From: Octopus vulgaris
Lineage: Eukaryota
Reading direction: 5' to 3'
NCBI GenBank assembly: GCA_951406725.2
Contig: OX597814.1
Span: 168,330,001 to 168,394,000, forward strand
Length of the DNA stretch: 64,000 bases
A program made the position numbers and the translations under genes. The notes below the pieces were generated by a model. It worked only from the letters and a program-made list of their open reading frames with translations. It searched no databases and was not told where the DNA came from. Below are positions 40,083-52,435 of this stretch, in pieces. The stretch's first letter is position 1, and every line of letters starts with the position of its first letter.

Positions 40083-40257
40083 CAAACATATATATGACGG
40101 GCTTCTTTCAGTTTCCGTCTACCAAATCCACTCACAAGGCTTTGGTCGGCCCGAGGCTATAGTAGAAGAGACTTGCCCAAGGTGCCACACAGTGGGAATG
40201 AACCCAGAACCATGTGGTTGGTAAGCAAGCCACTTACCGCACAGCCACCCCTGCGCC
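39812..40257 (-). mobile_element. SINE family D (CORE-like), full length
   Basis: Minus-strand head GGCGCAGGGGTGGCTGTGCGGTAAG, then CCTTGGGCAAGT, an internal TA/TG microsatellite, and tail CAGCATGGCCACAGTCAAATGACTGAAAC. Confidence 0.9.
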
Positions 40258-41051
40258 CGGAAATAAAAATTTTAGTGCATTAAAGCAGGTAATATTTAAA
40301 GCAATCTGGCAGTACATAACAAAGCATTACAGTACAGGTATTAATAAGTTTTAAGTAAATATCGGTTTCAAATTTTGGGACAAAGCCAGTAATTTCAGGA
40401 GAAGGGGTAAGTTGATGACATCAACCACTGAAAGAATGAAACACAAAGTTGACCTCAGTGGAATTTCAACTCAGAATGTAAAGATGGATGAAATGCTGCT
40501 AAGCATTTTGCCTGGCATGCTAATGATTCTGTCTGCTCTCTGATTTAATGCTTAAGTAAATATTATTATTATTATGAAGTCAGGATATGCAGAAGAGGCT
40601 GTCTGGATTAAACTTAGCCTATAGTAGTGAGCATCAGGGACAAAATCAGTTTATGGGAGGTCCAATTATGTATACAGGACCTGGGATGACTTTTTGAGAT
40701 GTTTATTTTGGAGAAAAGTATGTTTTTTATGCCTTCAAGTATGGCACATCCTATCCAGGGGAAAGATTTAGATTTCATTTCAACTTCATGAAATAGAAAT
40801 AGGAAGTAAGCGCAATCTAAGTTAAGTGTCTCTTGAGAATATTTGTGCATTTATCACAAAACTGTCACTGACAATGGTACAAATTTTACTGATCAAAGTA
40901 AAATTTTCTTGTCAATGTGATGTCCCTGGCCTAAGAAATGAAATTAAAGCATGAAGTATTGGACTAGGTCAGCCGTGTTTTGTTTCTGAAAATACTTACA
41001 CAGCTGAACCATGTTTCCATTTAAACTTTTTTGTTACCCATTATTTTGCAG

Positions 41052-41141
41052 AATCTATCTGGAATTCCTACAGAATCCTGAAGCTGCTGCTCAGATTGTC
41101 AAAGAAACAAAATCAGTAGAAGGTGCTAAAATGGTTTCTCA
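41052..41141 (+). CDS. WDR19: WDR19 exon 8: IYLEFLQNPEAAAQIVKETKSVEGAKMVS
   Basis: ttttgcag acceptor, CA|gtaagt donor. Matches [29 protein letters not shown]. Confidence 0.95.
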
Positions 41142-41258
41142 GTAAGTTTTTCTCTTTTTGTTTTTTTTTTTCTCTCTGTTTTTCTCTCTGTGCAGGTTCT
41201 GTATTTGTTCTAGATCATTCTCTTAGCTGACACTAAGAAATATTTTTTTCAAAAATAG

Positions 41259-41383
41259 ATTCTTTCAGAAGTTGGATGACTTTAACACAGCCATTGAGTT
41301 TTTGGTTGTGTCTGGGTGTAATGATGAAGCTTTCCAAATTGCTCAGATGCATGATGCTATGGAAATCTATGCCAGGATTATTG
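41259..41383 (+). CDS. WDR19: WDR19 exon 9: [41 protein letters not shown]
   Basis: aaatag acceptor after a 117-nt intron, G|gtaagt donor. Matches [41 protein letters not shown]. Confidence 0.94.
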
Positions 41384-42011
41384 GTAAGTTAAATAATTTT
41401 ATGACCTTTCTTTGAATTGAGGTATTGTTATTTTTCTTCCATTTCTATTTTTAAATAGCAAGAAGTATTGTTTTATAATTTTGAACAAACTAATAAAAAA
41501 AGAAGCTTGAATTTTGATAACAACCATCTGTTTTGCTATCATAGAAAAATAGATGTAAATCATCACAAAAGGAGTTGGAAAGGCAACTTGACAAGTTAAT
41601 GAGATAGTTTTTATGCAATCACCCAATCTGCTAAAATTAAAAGCTATCTCTCCCTTAATTCACACTCTACTAAATTAGAAAAGGACATTCATATTGGACA
41701 GTTTAGTTTTAGATACACTATTGTCTGTAAATAGATGGGATGGTCATATGTGGAACTCCTTTGTCAGTAGATCTGCATGATCACGGCATCTTAGGTTAAG
41801 TAACAACAACACGCACAAGCCAATGAAGGAATCTGTGTGGTCACTGGACCTGTCAGAAACAATTGCTTGACTACTGTCATTTCCGAATTTAAAGACAAAT
41901 AATACATTTGATAAAGTAGTCCTAGATATGCTGTTACCATTTTCACTGTTGCTGTCATTTAATGTCCATTTTCATGCTGGTATGAGATGTCATTCAGCAC
42001 AAACAGCAACA

Positions 42012-42180
42012 GGCATAGGAGTGGCTGTGTGGTAAGTAGCTTGTTTACGAACCACATGGTTCCGAGTTCAGTCCCACTGTGTGGCACCTTGGGCAAATGT
42101 CTTCTACCATAGTCTCGGGCAGACCAAAGCCTTGTGAGTGGATTTGGTAGACGGAACCTGAAAGAAGCCTGTCATATATA

Positions 42181-42225
<45 letters not shown>

Positions 42226-42857
42226 GTATGTATACGTTTGTGTGTCTGTGTTTGTTCCCCCAGTGGAGGCGCAATGGCCCAGTGGTTAGGGCAGTGGACT
42301 CGCGGTCGTAGGATCGCGGTTTCGATTCCCAGACCGGGCGTTGTGAGTGTTTATTGAGCGAAAACACCTTAAAGCTCCACGAGGCTCCGGCAGGGGATGG
42401 TGGTGATCCCTGCTGTACTCTTTCACCACAACTTTCTCTCACTCTTACTTCCTGTTTCTGTTGTACCTGTATTGCAAAGGGCCGGCCTTGTCATTCTCTG
42501 TGTCACGCTGAATATCCCCGAGAACTACATTAAGCGTACACGTGTCTGCGGAGTGCTCAGCCACTTACACGTTAATTTCACGAGCAGGCTGTTCCGTTGA
42601 TTCGGATCAACCGGAACCCTCATCGTCGTAACCGACGGAGTGCTTCCATCCATCCGTTTGTTCCCCCAACATCGCTTGACAACCAATGCTGGTGTGTTTA
42701 CATTCCCGTAACTTAGCAGTTCGGCAAAAGAGACCGATAGAATAAGTACTAGGCTTACAAAGAATAAGTCCTGGGGTCGATTTGCTTGACTAAAGGCGGT
42801 GCTCCAGCATGGCCACAGTCAAAATGACTGAAACAAGTAAAAGAGTAAAAGAGAGAT
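42012..42857 (+). mobile_element. SINE family D with a nested family C SINE
   Basis: The family D sequence resumes after the insertion, at the duplicated target site. Confidence 0.88.
42263..42655 (+). mobile_element. tRNA-derived SINE family C with a 13-bp target site duplication
   Basis: GTTTGTTCCCCCA at 42250-42262 and 42656-42668; A and B boxes present; CpG-rich. Confidence 0.92.
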
Positions 42858-43269
42858 AACTTGCCAATTTTTTTTTAATTTAATGGTTTTTACACTATGA
42901 ATTAGGTGCATTTTATCATGCCCCTAGCACTAGAGTGGTTGTTTGCAACCAGATGAAAGAATAATTTCTACCCTGTATCAGTTCTTATTTTGAGTTACTG
43001 CTTTTCCTAGACAGGTAGACTGTAGTTCAATTTTGCAGAGATTAAGCCTCCAAGAATAAAATATGGGATGGTTGTGGAGGTGGGGAGGATATGTTTGATC
43101 ATAATTTTTCTCAATTATGGATCACTTGGGATAATATATGTTGTGGCAGACGTCCCCAGGTGAGAAGTGGGCTGGTCCACTACTAATAAAGAGTGGACTG
43201 ACACAGTCAGTAATGTCAGTCAGCAAGGTACGCTGTTTGGGCCAGTCCCGCAGAGAAGATGAAATATGT

Positions 43270-43818
43270 CGTTATAATGCAGGACATCTGGAAGCCATTC
43301 AGCATTGTGCAACCAAGAGAATACCCTCCATCAGGCATTTGCCATATTCTGAACGCCTTACTTCCCTGGGCATGGATACATTGAAACTTCGACGTCTGGC
43401 AGCTGACTTGGCAGACACCCATAAAATTATTAACCATCTTACAAACAATAACTCTGAGCACCTTTTCAAACTCCACCTGTCTAACACCCGTGGACATGTT
43501 TACAAAGTCAAAAAACAGCACAACTCCCATGACTTTCGGAAACATTTTTTCACGCTAAGAGTTGCTGAAGTATGGAACAAACTGTCGGCATCAGTTGTTA
43601 GTTGTTGGAGCACTGCATCCTTCAAAACTTCCATGCTTCCTGAGATTCACCAACAGTACACCTGATTTTCTCCCCTCCATACACACGCAATCATGTATTT
43701 GACTCATACACTGTTCATTTTCCAGACATTTGTATATTACTGCATATGCTTTATACGCACTTTTGACAAGTTGTGGTGCACCTAAGCACTGTATACAATA
43801 ATTTCATTGTTATTATTT
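43270..43818 (+). mobile_element. 5'-truncated CR1-group LINE (ORF2 C-terminus and 3' UTR)
   Basis: LEAIQHCATKRIP...YSERL..LGMDTLKLRRLAADL...TRGH...RKHFFTLRVAEVWNKL, ending in an (ATT)-like tail about 60 bp before exon 10. Confidence 0.92.
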
Positions 43819-43876
43819 ATAACAACAATGTTAATATCACTGTCAAAAGTCTGAAAATAATATTTTTTGTTTCTAG

Positions 43877-43986
43877 GTAATGATGCTTCTCCAGAGATCT
43901 ATCATAATGTTGCTGTTTATTTTGCTGGAGAACAGAACCATTTATGGGCTGGCAAGTTCTTTCTTCTAAGTCAACATTATGATCAG
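43877..43986 (+). CDS. WDR19: WDR19 exon 10: GNDASPEIYHNVAVYFAGEQNHLWAGKFFLLSQHYDQ
   Basis: tttctag acceptor, CAG|gttag donor. Matches [27 protein letters not shown]. Confidence 0.95.
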
Positions 43987-44296
43987 GTTAGTTATTTTTT
44001 ATTTTAAATCTCTAACAATGTTATTCAAACTTTTTCAGCACGAGATATTTCCAGTTATTTTCAATGTTTCAGTATCCAATGTATGTATGTATGTGTGTGT
44101 GTGTAAATATGTGTGTATGCACATGTATGTATGTGCTACCATGTGTGTTCAATTGAAAGTCTATTTGTTTTTCATATTTCAATCTTTGGTCAAACTCCAA
44201 CCTGAGATCAATATTTGCATTGCAAATTTTGAAGACGCCAGAACTGAAGGCGAAAACATTTTCAGATTTTATTGTTGCATCATAATCAGTGATGTA

Positions 44297-44332
<36 letters not shown>

Positions 44333-44427
44333 CTCAGGTACATTTATATATAAAATAGTAAAAGTTCATTAGAAATTTACCTTTATCAATTTAAATATAT
44401 ATTAATAATAAACATTTTTCATTTTAG

Positions 44428-44571
44428 GCATTGCGTCATCTGTTAATGTGTAAAGGTGAGGACCGAGAGGCAATTGATTTAGCCATCAAGACTGTGAAAG
44501 AAGCAAATGATATTGAATTAACCAAACAATTATCTAATTACCTACTTGGTGATACAGATGGCTTACCAAAG
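44428..44571 (+). CDS. WDR19: WDR19 exon 11: ALRHLLMCKGEDREAIDLAIKTVKEANDIELTKQLSNYLLGDTDGLPK
   Basis: attttag acceptor, AAG|gtcag donor. Matches ALKHFLKC...LTNQLIDHLLGENDGMPK. Confidence 0.96.
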
Positions 44572-45756
44572 GTCAGTTCACTCTTCTATTTCCTCATTTG
44601 GTACACATTTATCGTATATAACTAGAGTGTTATCTGTAATATAGCTAACTTAAAACCTCAGTTTCTAGGCAAACTGTATGTATATTTTCACCTTTTTTTA
44701 TTTGTTTCACTTATTGGACTGTGGTCATGCTGGGGCACTGTCTTTTAGTTGAGCAAATCGAGCCCAGTACTTCTTCCTTTTTTTAAAGCCTGGTACTTAT
44801 TCGATTGGTCTCTTTTGCTGAACCAATAAGTCAGGGATGTAAACAAACTAACACCAGCTGTCCAGCAGGGGAACTGGAACAAACAAAACATACACACACG
44901 CATGCATGTGCACACATACATGCATACATATGGTGGACTGTTTCACAGTTTCTGTCTACTAAATTCATTCACAATTTGGTCAGCCAAGGTCTATCATAGA
45001 AGACACTTACCCAAAGTGTTGTAAAGTGGAACTGAACCTGAAACCCCATGGTTGCAAAGTTAGCTTCTTAACCACACAACCATGCCTGTGCTTAAGGAGA
45101 CTCGTCATATGGAACAGGGAAAAATAAAAGTTTATATAATTTTCTGAGAAAAAAGACAGTCTTCAAAAGAGCCAAGTTTACCTCCTGATTTCTGAAACCT
45201 CAGATGTAACCATTGAACTTAACTGACTTAGAGTTGGCATATAGTTTGTCTTTTATTAGCTATGATCATTGGATTAATTTGATATTTGAAGTGAAACTCA
45301 TTGTTATGTTGAAGAGGGCACATGACTACATAAAAGCTCTTTCATTTTTCTGTTTAAACTCTGTTGTCTTTTAGCTCCAAGTCAGCAATCTATCCATGGC
45401 CCCTTTGTCTTGTTTTGTTTTTTCAGATATATGTAGTACTACATGTTGAATGTGTCTTTTTCTATTTTTTCCTTTTTCGTTTTGCAATGATGAGACAATA
45501 GGATAGGATTTGTGAGAGATTACAATGCTATTCCTAGCTTGTTGCAAGGCCACATTTGCTTGCTTAAACATTGAATGTTAGGTGTTGAAGAGAGGATATT
45601 GAAGCTTTCAGGTGGTATCAGAAGACATTGCATTGCCTATGGCCATAATGTTAAGCTTGTAATTATGTGAAGCCTGCAGAAATATTATTAACTGCTGAAT
45701 ATCAATAAAAAAGTTTATAGCTCTTCTCTCTATCAATGTTATTGTATTTATTCTAG

Positions 45757-45853
45757 GATGCTAAATATCTGTTTCGTTTACACATGGCACTGAGTCAATA
45801 CAAGGAGGCTGCAAGTATCGCAATTATCATATCCAAGGAAGAACAGAACAGTG
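45757..45853 (+). CDS. WDR19: WDR19 exon 12: [32 protein letters not shown]
   Basis: ttctag acceptor, G|gtttg donor. Matches [32 protein letters not shown]. Confidence 0.96.
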
Positions 45854-46113
45854 GTTTGTTTCTATCTTTCTGTTACTACCAACTCATTGAATCCTATCTT
45901 CTGTATTTTCTCATGCATAAGTTGCTTTATTTTATACTTAATCTTTGATGGAAAATCCAGTGTGTGACTTATACACAGGGAAAAGCCAAAACTATGAAGA
46001 GGAAAAATTTTGTACCAAGATTTAACACTAAATTAGGGGTGTGATTTATATGCAAGTGTAACTTATGCATGAATAAATATGATACTTACCTTAAATGTAC
46101 TTAGCCAAACCTA

Positions 46114-47395
46114 TTAGGTTGTCAAGAAAGTTCTTGCGGTTTTTAATCTTTAAATTCAGATGCACATGTCTCGGCTCAAACAAAACTTTATTAATCGAAA
46201 TAAACACCATCAGAATCAACACACTTTTGCCAACGCGAAACAAGTTTATTTATGCCAGTAGTGTAAAAATCCTGCATTCTGGTGGCGATGAAGTCGTTGA
46301 AGGTGTGTTTGGCATTGTCTTGGTTTTTGAAGCATTTCTCATGCAGGAAGTCGTCGAGATACTTGAAAAAGTGGTAGTTGGTAGGTGAGAGGTCTGATGA
46401 GTATGGCGGATGAAGCAGAGTTTCGTAGCCCAGTTCGTTCAACTTCTGCAGGATCAGTTGTGCAACATGTGGCCAAGCATTGTTGTGGAGAAGAATTGGT
46501 TGTTTTCTATTGACCAATGCTGGCTGTTGTTGTTGGTGTTTCTTATGCATTTCATCCATTTGCTGTCAGTACTTCTCCGCCATAATGGTTTCGCCTAGAC
46601 CCAAAAAGCTGTGATGGATGAGACTGGCCGCAGACCAACAAACAGTCACCACAACCTTCTTTTGGTGCAACTTTGGCTTCAGGATGTGTCGTGGAGCTTC
46701 GTTGGCATCCAGTCACTGAGCATTGCTGGTTGTCGTAAAGAATCCACTTTTCATCACAAGTCACAATTCAGTCGAGAAACGGGTCATTCTTGTTGCGTAA
46801 AAGAAGGGAAGATGACACTTCAAAACAGCGTCTTTTTTGGTTGTCGTTCAATTCATGCGGTACCAATTTCTCAAGTATTTTTCTTTTTCCAATCTCTTTC
46901 AAGTGGTTGGAAATTGTCGTATACATTACGTCTAATTCAGAAGCAAGCTCTCAAACAGTTGTGCGTGGATTGGCTTCGACTAAGGCTCTTAGTCGATCGT
47001 TGTCAACATCCAATGGCCGACCACTACGCTTATCATCTTCAAGACTCTCATCACCGCTACGAAATTTCTTGAACCACCATTGTGCTGTACATTCATTAGT
47101 GGTTTCCTGGGCTAAATGCATCATTGATATCACGAGCTGTTTCAGCAGCTTTTTGGCCTAGCTTGAACTGGAATAAGAAAATTGTACGAATTTGCTTTTT
47201 GTCCATGTTGTATTTAACATTCCGGAAAAAAGGGCCTAATTATTCAAAAAGGGAAAGATTAACACGATTAGATAGAGTGAAAAATGGGCTTTAAAATGAT
47301 ATATAAAGTCAAAGTAATTTAATGAAAATTAATTTGAAAATACATAATTTAAAACCAAAATTTAAAATTCCGCAAGAACTTTCTTGACAACCTAA
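46114..47395 (-). mobile_element. Full-length mariner transposon, Hsmar1-like (cecropia subfamily), 1282 bp
   Basis: Perfect 26-bp TIRs TTAGGTTGTCAAGAAAGTTCTTGCGG, TA target duplications at 46112-46113 and 46396-equivalent right site 47396-47397, and transposase motifs inside. Confidence 0.96.
46191..47206 (-). pseudogene. Mariner transposase pseudogene (stops and frameshifts)
   Basis: MDKKQIRTIFLFQFKLG, QWWFKKFRSGDESLED, VPHEL, TCDEKWILYDN, LLHNNAWPH, HPPYSSDLSPTNYHFF and RWQKCVDSDGVYFD are spread over several frames. Confidence 0.93.
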
Positions 47396-48065
47396 TACTT
47401 ATCTACTATCCTATTTAAAACTCACTCAGACTCAATATCACAGTTGTTGATTATAATTACATGGAAGAAAGTTGGTGGATTTGTGTAGAGATTTGAAAGG
47501 CTTTTGTTGCATGTGTGTGCAGGATGGAGTTGGAAGCTGATGTGGTGACCTTATCTGTAGTTATGTTATGTATAGAATCCTCTTGGTTGAGGAGAGGTCA
47601 TTTGTTGAATTTTGTCATTTGGCAAGGAACTGGAAAGTTGAATAGTAATTTTGATGTTAAATAAGATTGTTCGTTTTTGAAATGAAAATATCTCTTCATT
47701 TTGAAAGTGTAGACAAAGAGAGGTATTTTCAGAGGGCTACCTAGAGAAGTAGGAATGCTGAGAGGAAGACTGGGAGTGACATGGACTATACACATCTTAC
47801 TACTTCAAAGGGGTTTGTACTGTTGTAGTAAAGGCAAAAGTGACAGAGGTGGGATACCCTGTTGGTAAGCTGGAAGACATTATACTGTTGAGTAAAGATA
47901 AGATAATCAATTAGATAGCTTTTTTCTTTGGGAAAGTGTGATGTGTTTGTGTGTGTATTAGTAGCACTGTCTATCTAAGTCACTGAGTACACTGTTCTCC
48001 TGTTTTTGACTTGTGAAAAAATGTTTATATGTTATCATTGAGTCTTTATTTTTCTGTTACCCTAG

Positions 48066-48190
48066 GTAATTACCGTCATGCCCATGATGTATTGTTTGCA
48101 ATGTATCAAGAATTAAAAGAAAACAAGATGAAGATACCTGCTGAAATGTCCACCAATTTGATGATATTACACAGTTATTTATTAGTGAAG
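48066..48190 (+). CDS. WDR19: WDR19 exon 13: [42 protein letters not shown]
   Basis: ccctag acceptor, AAG|gtaag donor. Close to [42 protein letters not shown]. Confidence 0.97.
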
Positions 48191-49297
48191 GTAAGATGTC
48201 TGTGAAGAGATATGGCCTAGTGATTAGGGTGTTATACTCATGGTTGCAAGATCAGGGTTTCAATTCCTGAACTGGATGGTGTATTGTGTTCTTGAGCAAA
48301 ACACTTCATTTCATGTTGCTTCAGTCCACTCAACTGTAAATGAGTTCCAGCAATTGCTGGGAGGTTAATCCAATGATAGACTGACATCCCATTTAGTGGT
48401 GAATGAAATGTTATGAATAATGATGAGGGACATACTAACAATAGATAGTGATGGTGGTGCAGTTACTGCTGCTGCTGTTATACCAGCTGAATCTTCCTCA
48501 AGTTACACTACCTTCTTGTAAAAAAAAACAAAATGAACACACTGGATAATGTAGTCTAGGATGCATAATGCCTGGAGAAAAAAATAGAAAAGATAGGCAT
48601 AGGCATGGCTGAGTGGTAAGAAGCTTGCTTTCCAACCACATGTTTCCAGGTTCAACTCCCACTGTGACATCTGGGGCAAGTATCTTTTACTATAGTCTCA
48701 GGCCGACCAAAGCATTGTGAATTGGTTTGGTAGATGAAAACTGAAAGAAACCAGACTATAGTAAAAGATACTTGCCCCAGATGTCACAGTGGGAATTGAA
48801 CCTGGAAACATGTGGTTGGAAAGCAAGCTTCTTACCACTCAGCCATGCCTATGCCTATCAACTGGTGTTGGTGTGTTTACGTGTCTGTAACTTAGAAATT
48901 TGGCAAAAAGAGAGCGATAGAATAAGTGCCAAACTTAGAAAAAAAAAAAGTATTATGCAGTCACCTGCACTTTCCAGTGGTATTATCACCTTAACCTCAC
49001 AGCTGTTGAACCAGGTGAGTCTAGGTATAATCCAAAGTAAGAAAGTTTGCATACCATAGCTTTTGTTAAAATCTTTACTTGTATCAGAATAGGCTTGCTT
49101 GTCCTGAATTTGTAATGTATATAGCCATTTGTGTGACACACTGACACACAGAAAAGGACACCTGTAGCTATAGATATTTTCAGAAACTTTTATTGGTAGA
49201 AAGTGAGGAAAGAGAGGAAAAGAATGTTCAAAGCATCTTTTTCTAACTTCCTATTCTAAATTCTACACCCATTTTAGAGATTTTTTTTCTCTTTCAG

Positions 49298-49379
49298 ATG
49301 TGTATTAAATTAAAGGAAACTGTAAGAGCTGCAAGGTTACTGGTGCGTGTTGCCAATAATATCAGCAAGTTCCCTTCAC
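49298..49379 (+). CDS. WDR19: WDR19 exon 14: MCIKLKETVRAARLLVRVANNISKFPS
   Basis: ctttcag acceptor, C|gtaagt donor. Matches GARMLIRVANNISKFPSH. Confidence 0.96.
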
Positions 49380-50149
49380 GTAAGTTATAATCTGGTATCA
49401 TTTCAATGCAATCTTGGTTCTTCAGAATTTCTGTTAATAAGTAAACTTACACAAAAATATGTTGTAACTTAATTTTGTATATATAAAATGGAGTGGTTGG
49501 CGTTAGGAAGGGCATCCAGCTGTAGAAACACTGTCAGATCTGACTGGCCTGGTGCAGCCTTTGGGCTTCCCAGACCCCAGTTGAACTGTCCAACCCATGC
49601 TAGCATGGAAAGCGAACGTTAAACGATGATGATGATGATGATGAAATATTTGTGTAAAGGTGTGCACATATTTTTCTTTTACCGGTTTCAGTCATTGGAC
49701 AGTGCCCATGCTAGGGCATCAACTTCGAGGGTTTAGTCAATCATATCAACTCCATAACTTAAATCTGGTACTTACTTTATCAATCTCTGTTTGTTGACTA
49801 CAGGACATATAAACAGCACCAGTTTTCAACTGGTATAGATGTAAACACTGATATGGACAAAGACTTACACACATAACTTATATATATAACAAATTCCTGC
49901 ATAGTTTCCAGCAGCAGCTACAAAATTTCACTCAGGTGTGTAGTAGAAGACACTCTGTAATCATTTCTATTGTATTACACCAATAAATGTACATTTATTG
50001 TATTACACCATTAAATGTACTTTGGCAAGTACTGTGAATACTATTTTTTGCTGATGAGGTCATAATAAGAGCAAAACATATCTGGAGATGTCTCTTGTTC
50101 TTGCTGGAAAAATGATAACAATATCAGTTATTGACTAATATTGTTTTTC

Positions 50150-50710
50150 CTTCATAGTGTAGTTATTTCTAGTTTGTTTTATAATGCTCCCTCAAATATG
50201 GTAACATAATTATACATCTGTCTCTCTGTTTGTTTCATAGCATAAATATTTCTAGTTAGCTCATTAATACTGCCTTTGTTATATTTGTTAATTCTACCTT
50301 ATCCATCTGTCTCTCTGTCAATCTATTTATCTCACCATATCAATAATCCTAATTAGCTCTTTAATTCTCTTTTGCATTAAATGCATTACTTGTCTATCTG
50401 TTTATCTATTTATATCTCTATCCCACAGTGTAGTTATTTCCCGTTAAAGCTGTAATGTTTTCTATATTTAAATATGTTAATATAAACTTATCCATCTGTC
50501 TACTTCTCTATCTTGTGACATAATTATTTCCAGTTAGTTCTTCTCCCTTTAAATATGTTAATACTAACATATCTGTCTGTCTCTCTTTCTATTTATCTAC
50601 CTCTCTGCCTCATCATATAATTATTTCTATTAGCTTTAGAATTTTCTTTTAATAAACATGTCAACACTGTCTTATCTATTTCTATCTGTTTCACCTCGTA
50701 ATTATTTCTT
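50150..50710. repeat. Degenerate AT-rich tandem repeat
   Basis: Recurring TARTTATTTC...AAATATGTTAATA...TCCATCTGTCTCTC blocks. Confidence 0.55.
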
Positions 50711-52227
50711 AATCTGAACACAAACTTATTTATTGGTAATAAACTGGTATTCTATCCTGGAAGAGACGTGTCTTTTGTCTTCTTAACGCAATGGAAAGCA
50801 GATATTTGTATTGCCCCAATAGACTGTTGACATTCCATGGAAGGACATCAGAATATTCATAATTGTTATATTATCACAGGTCACTTAAATGTGTAGACTT
50901 CTAATCAATGGAATTGAAACCATGATTATCCTATCCTTTTTTCTAAACATTATTAACCAATGTGATTTTCTCTTAAGATGTGGTTAGAATGCCTCAGGAA
51001 AGGATTGTTAGGCAGATTTTTTAAAGCTGATCTAATTGGCAAGAGACAGAGATGGTTGGATAATATTGATAGTCTCAGTTGGAATCTAGCAGGAAAAGTT
51101 AATAATAGTTGTTTCTGATAGGACCCTACAGAGAGGGTGCCTAAGGACTCTATCACAAAACACTTCCAGGAGTAGTGGGCAGTGAAAAGTGATGGATGGA
51201 AAGATGGCAATGTGGTTTGAAGGATATTTCTCTGCTATTACTAGCAGATTGAATGACTGTTCATAGAACAGTCATTCAATCTGCTGTTGGTTACCATGCT
51301 TAGCTAAATACATTACAATTGTTAGTTTCATCTCTCTAGATTTTGATTTCAAATTTCACTGTAGTTGACCCTACTCTCTTGTCTCTAGTTATTAAAATGA
51401 CCAGCTGGTCTTGTTGTTTAGGTCTGTGTCAGCTCCAATCAAGCAAACCCCGTCATTGAATGCCATTTATGACTCTTTCACTTGTTTCAGAGATATCTGG
51501 AATTATATTATCCATTGTGTCCTTCCCTGTGTAAGAAATTAGCATGTAATTTGGAGAACATTTGGTTGCCATTTCTTGGTGGTTGAGTACTTGCATTGAG
51601 TTTTTTTCTAGGTATCAGTTATGTATTGAGGTTGATTCAATTGACTGGATATCTCTACTTGAAATTTCTAATCTTGTTCCAATTTTAGAATTTGTTGATG
51701 TTGCTGCTGTTGTTTATTCCATGCTATCCGTGATTGAGCAGTCCTATAGTCAGTCAAAAGGTTCCAGGTGTGATTATCTTGTCTTTTCTTCAAGACTACA
51801 TTATCCATTGTATTGTTCTCTTTTCTATGGCACTAGAGTGTGATTTAAAGGAAATTTGGCTACTACATCTAGCATGTTGAGTGACCATGTAGAAGCTCCA
51901 TCACTGTTTCACCATTATTATGATTGGTGTATTTCTACTTTTGTAGAGGGCAGTAGATTGTTAGAATTGTTAGACTGTTGATAAGAATGCTTTGTGGAAT
52001 TTCTTCCAGCTCTTTACAATCTGAGTTCAAGTTCTACAGAGGTACAGTTTGCCTTTCATCCCTCCAAGGTCAATAAAATAAAGTACTAGTCAAATACTGG
52101 AATCAATGGTGTTGACTACACCTGCCACCTCTCCCATCAAAATTGGTGGTCTTGTACCTAAATCGGAAATCATTATTAATGTTGCTAAAAACAGTGGAAT
52201 GGCAGAAATAGTAGAGCGCTATTCTAA

Positions 52228-52435
52228 TTTCTTCTTAATTCCTTTGACTCCAGATGGAGCATAGGGGACCAACAAGAGATCTCCATGTTTCAGTCTTTGG
52301 CAAAGGATTGCACTTGTCACCAGATGTAACTACCTGCTAGTGCTTTAGTTTTTGTAGACCTTCTCCATGTTGTTCTTGGTCTGCCACAGTTCTGTCTCCC
52401 TTGGGGTGTCCATTGGAAGGCCTGCTTTGTAATAT
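52228..52435 (-). mobile_element. RTE-clade LINE 3' end remnant
   Basis: Minus frame ITKQAFQWTPQGRQNCGRPRTTWRRS. Confidence 0.75.

Noticed and set aside
42263-42335. tRNA-like sequence (also at 9855-10156, 53248, 54757 and 62680)
   Set aside because: These are SINE heads: there is no proper acceptor stem, and they are followed by a SINE body and flanked by TSDs.
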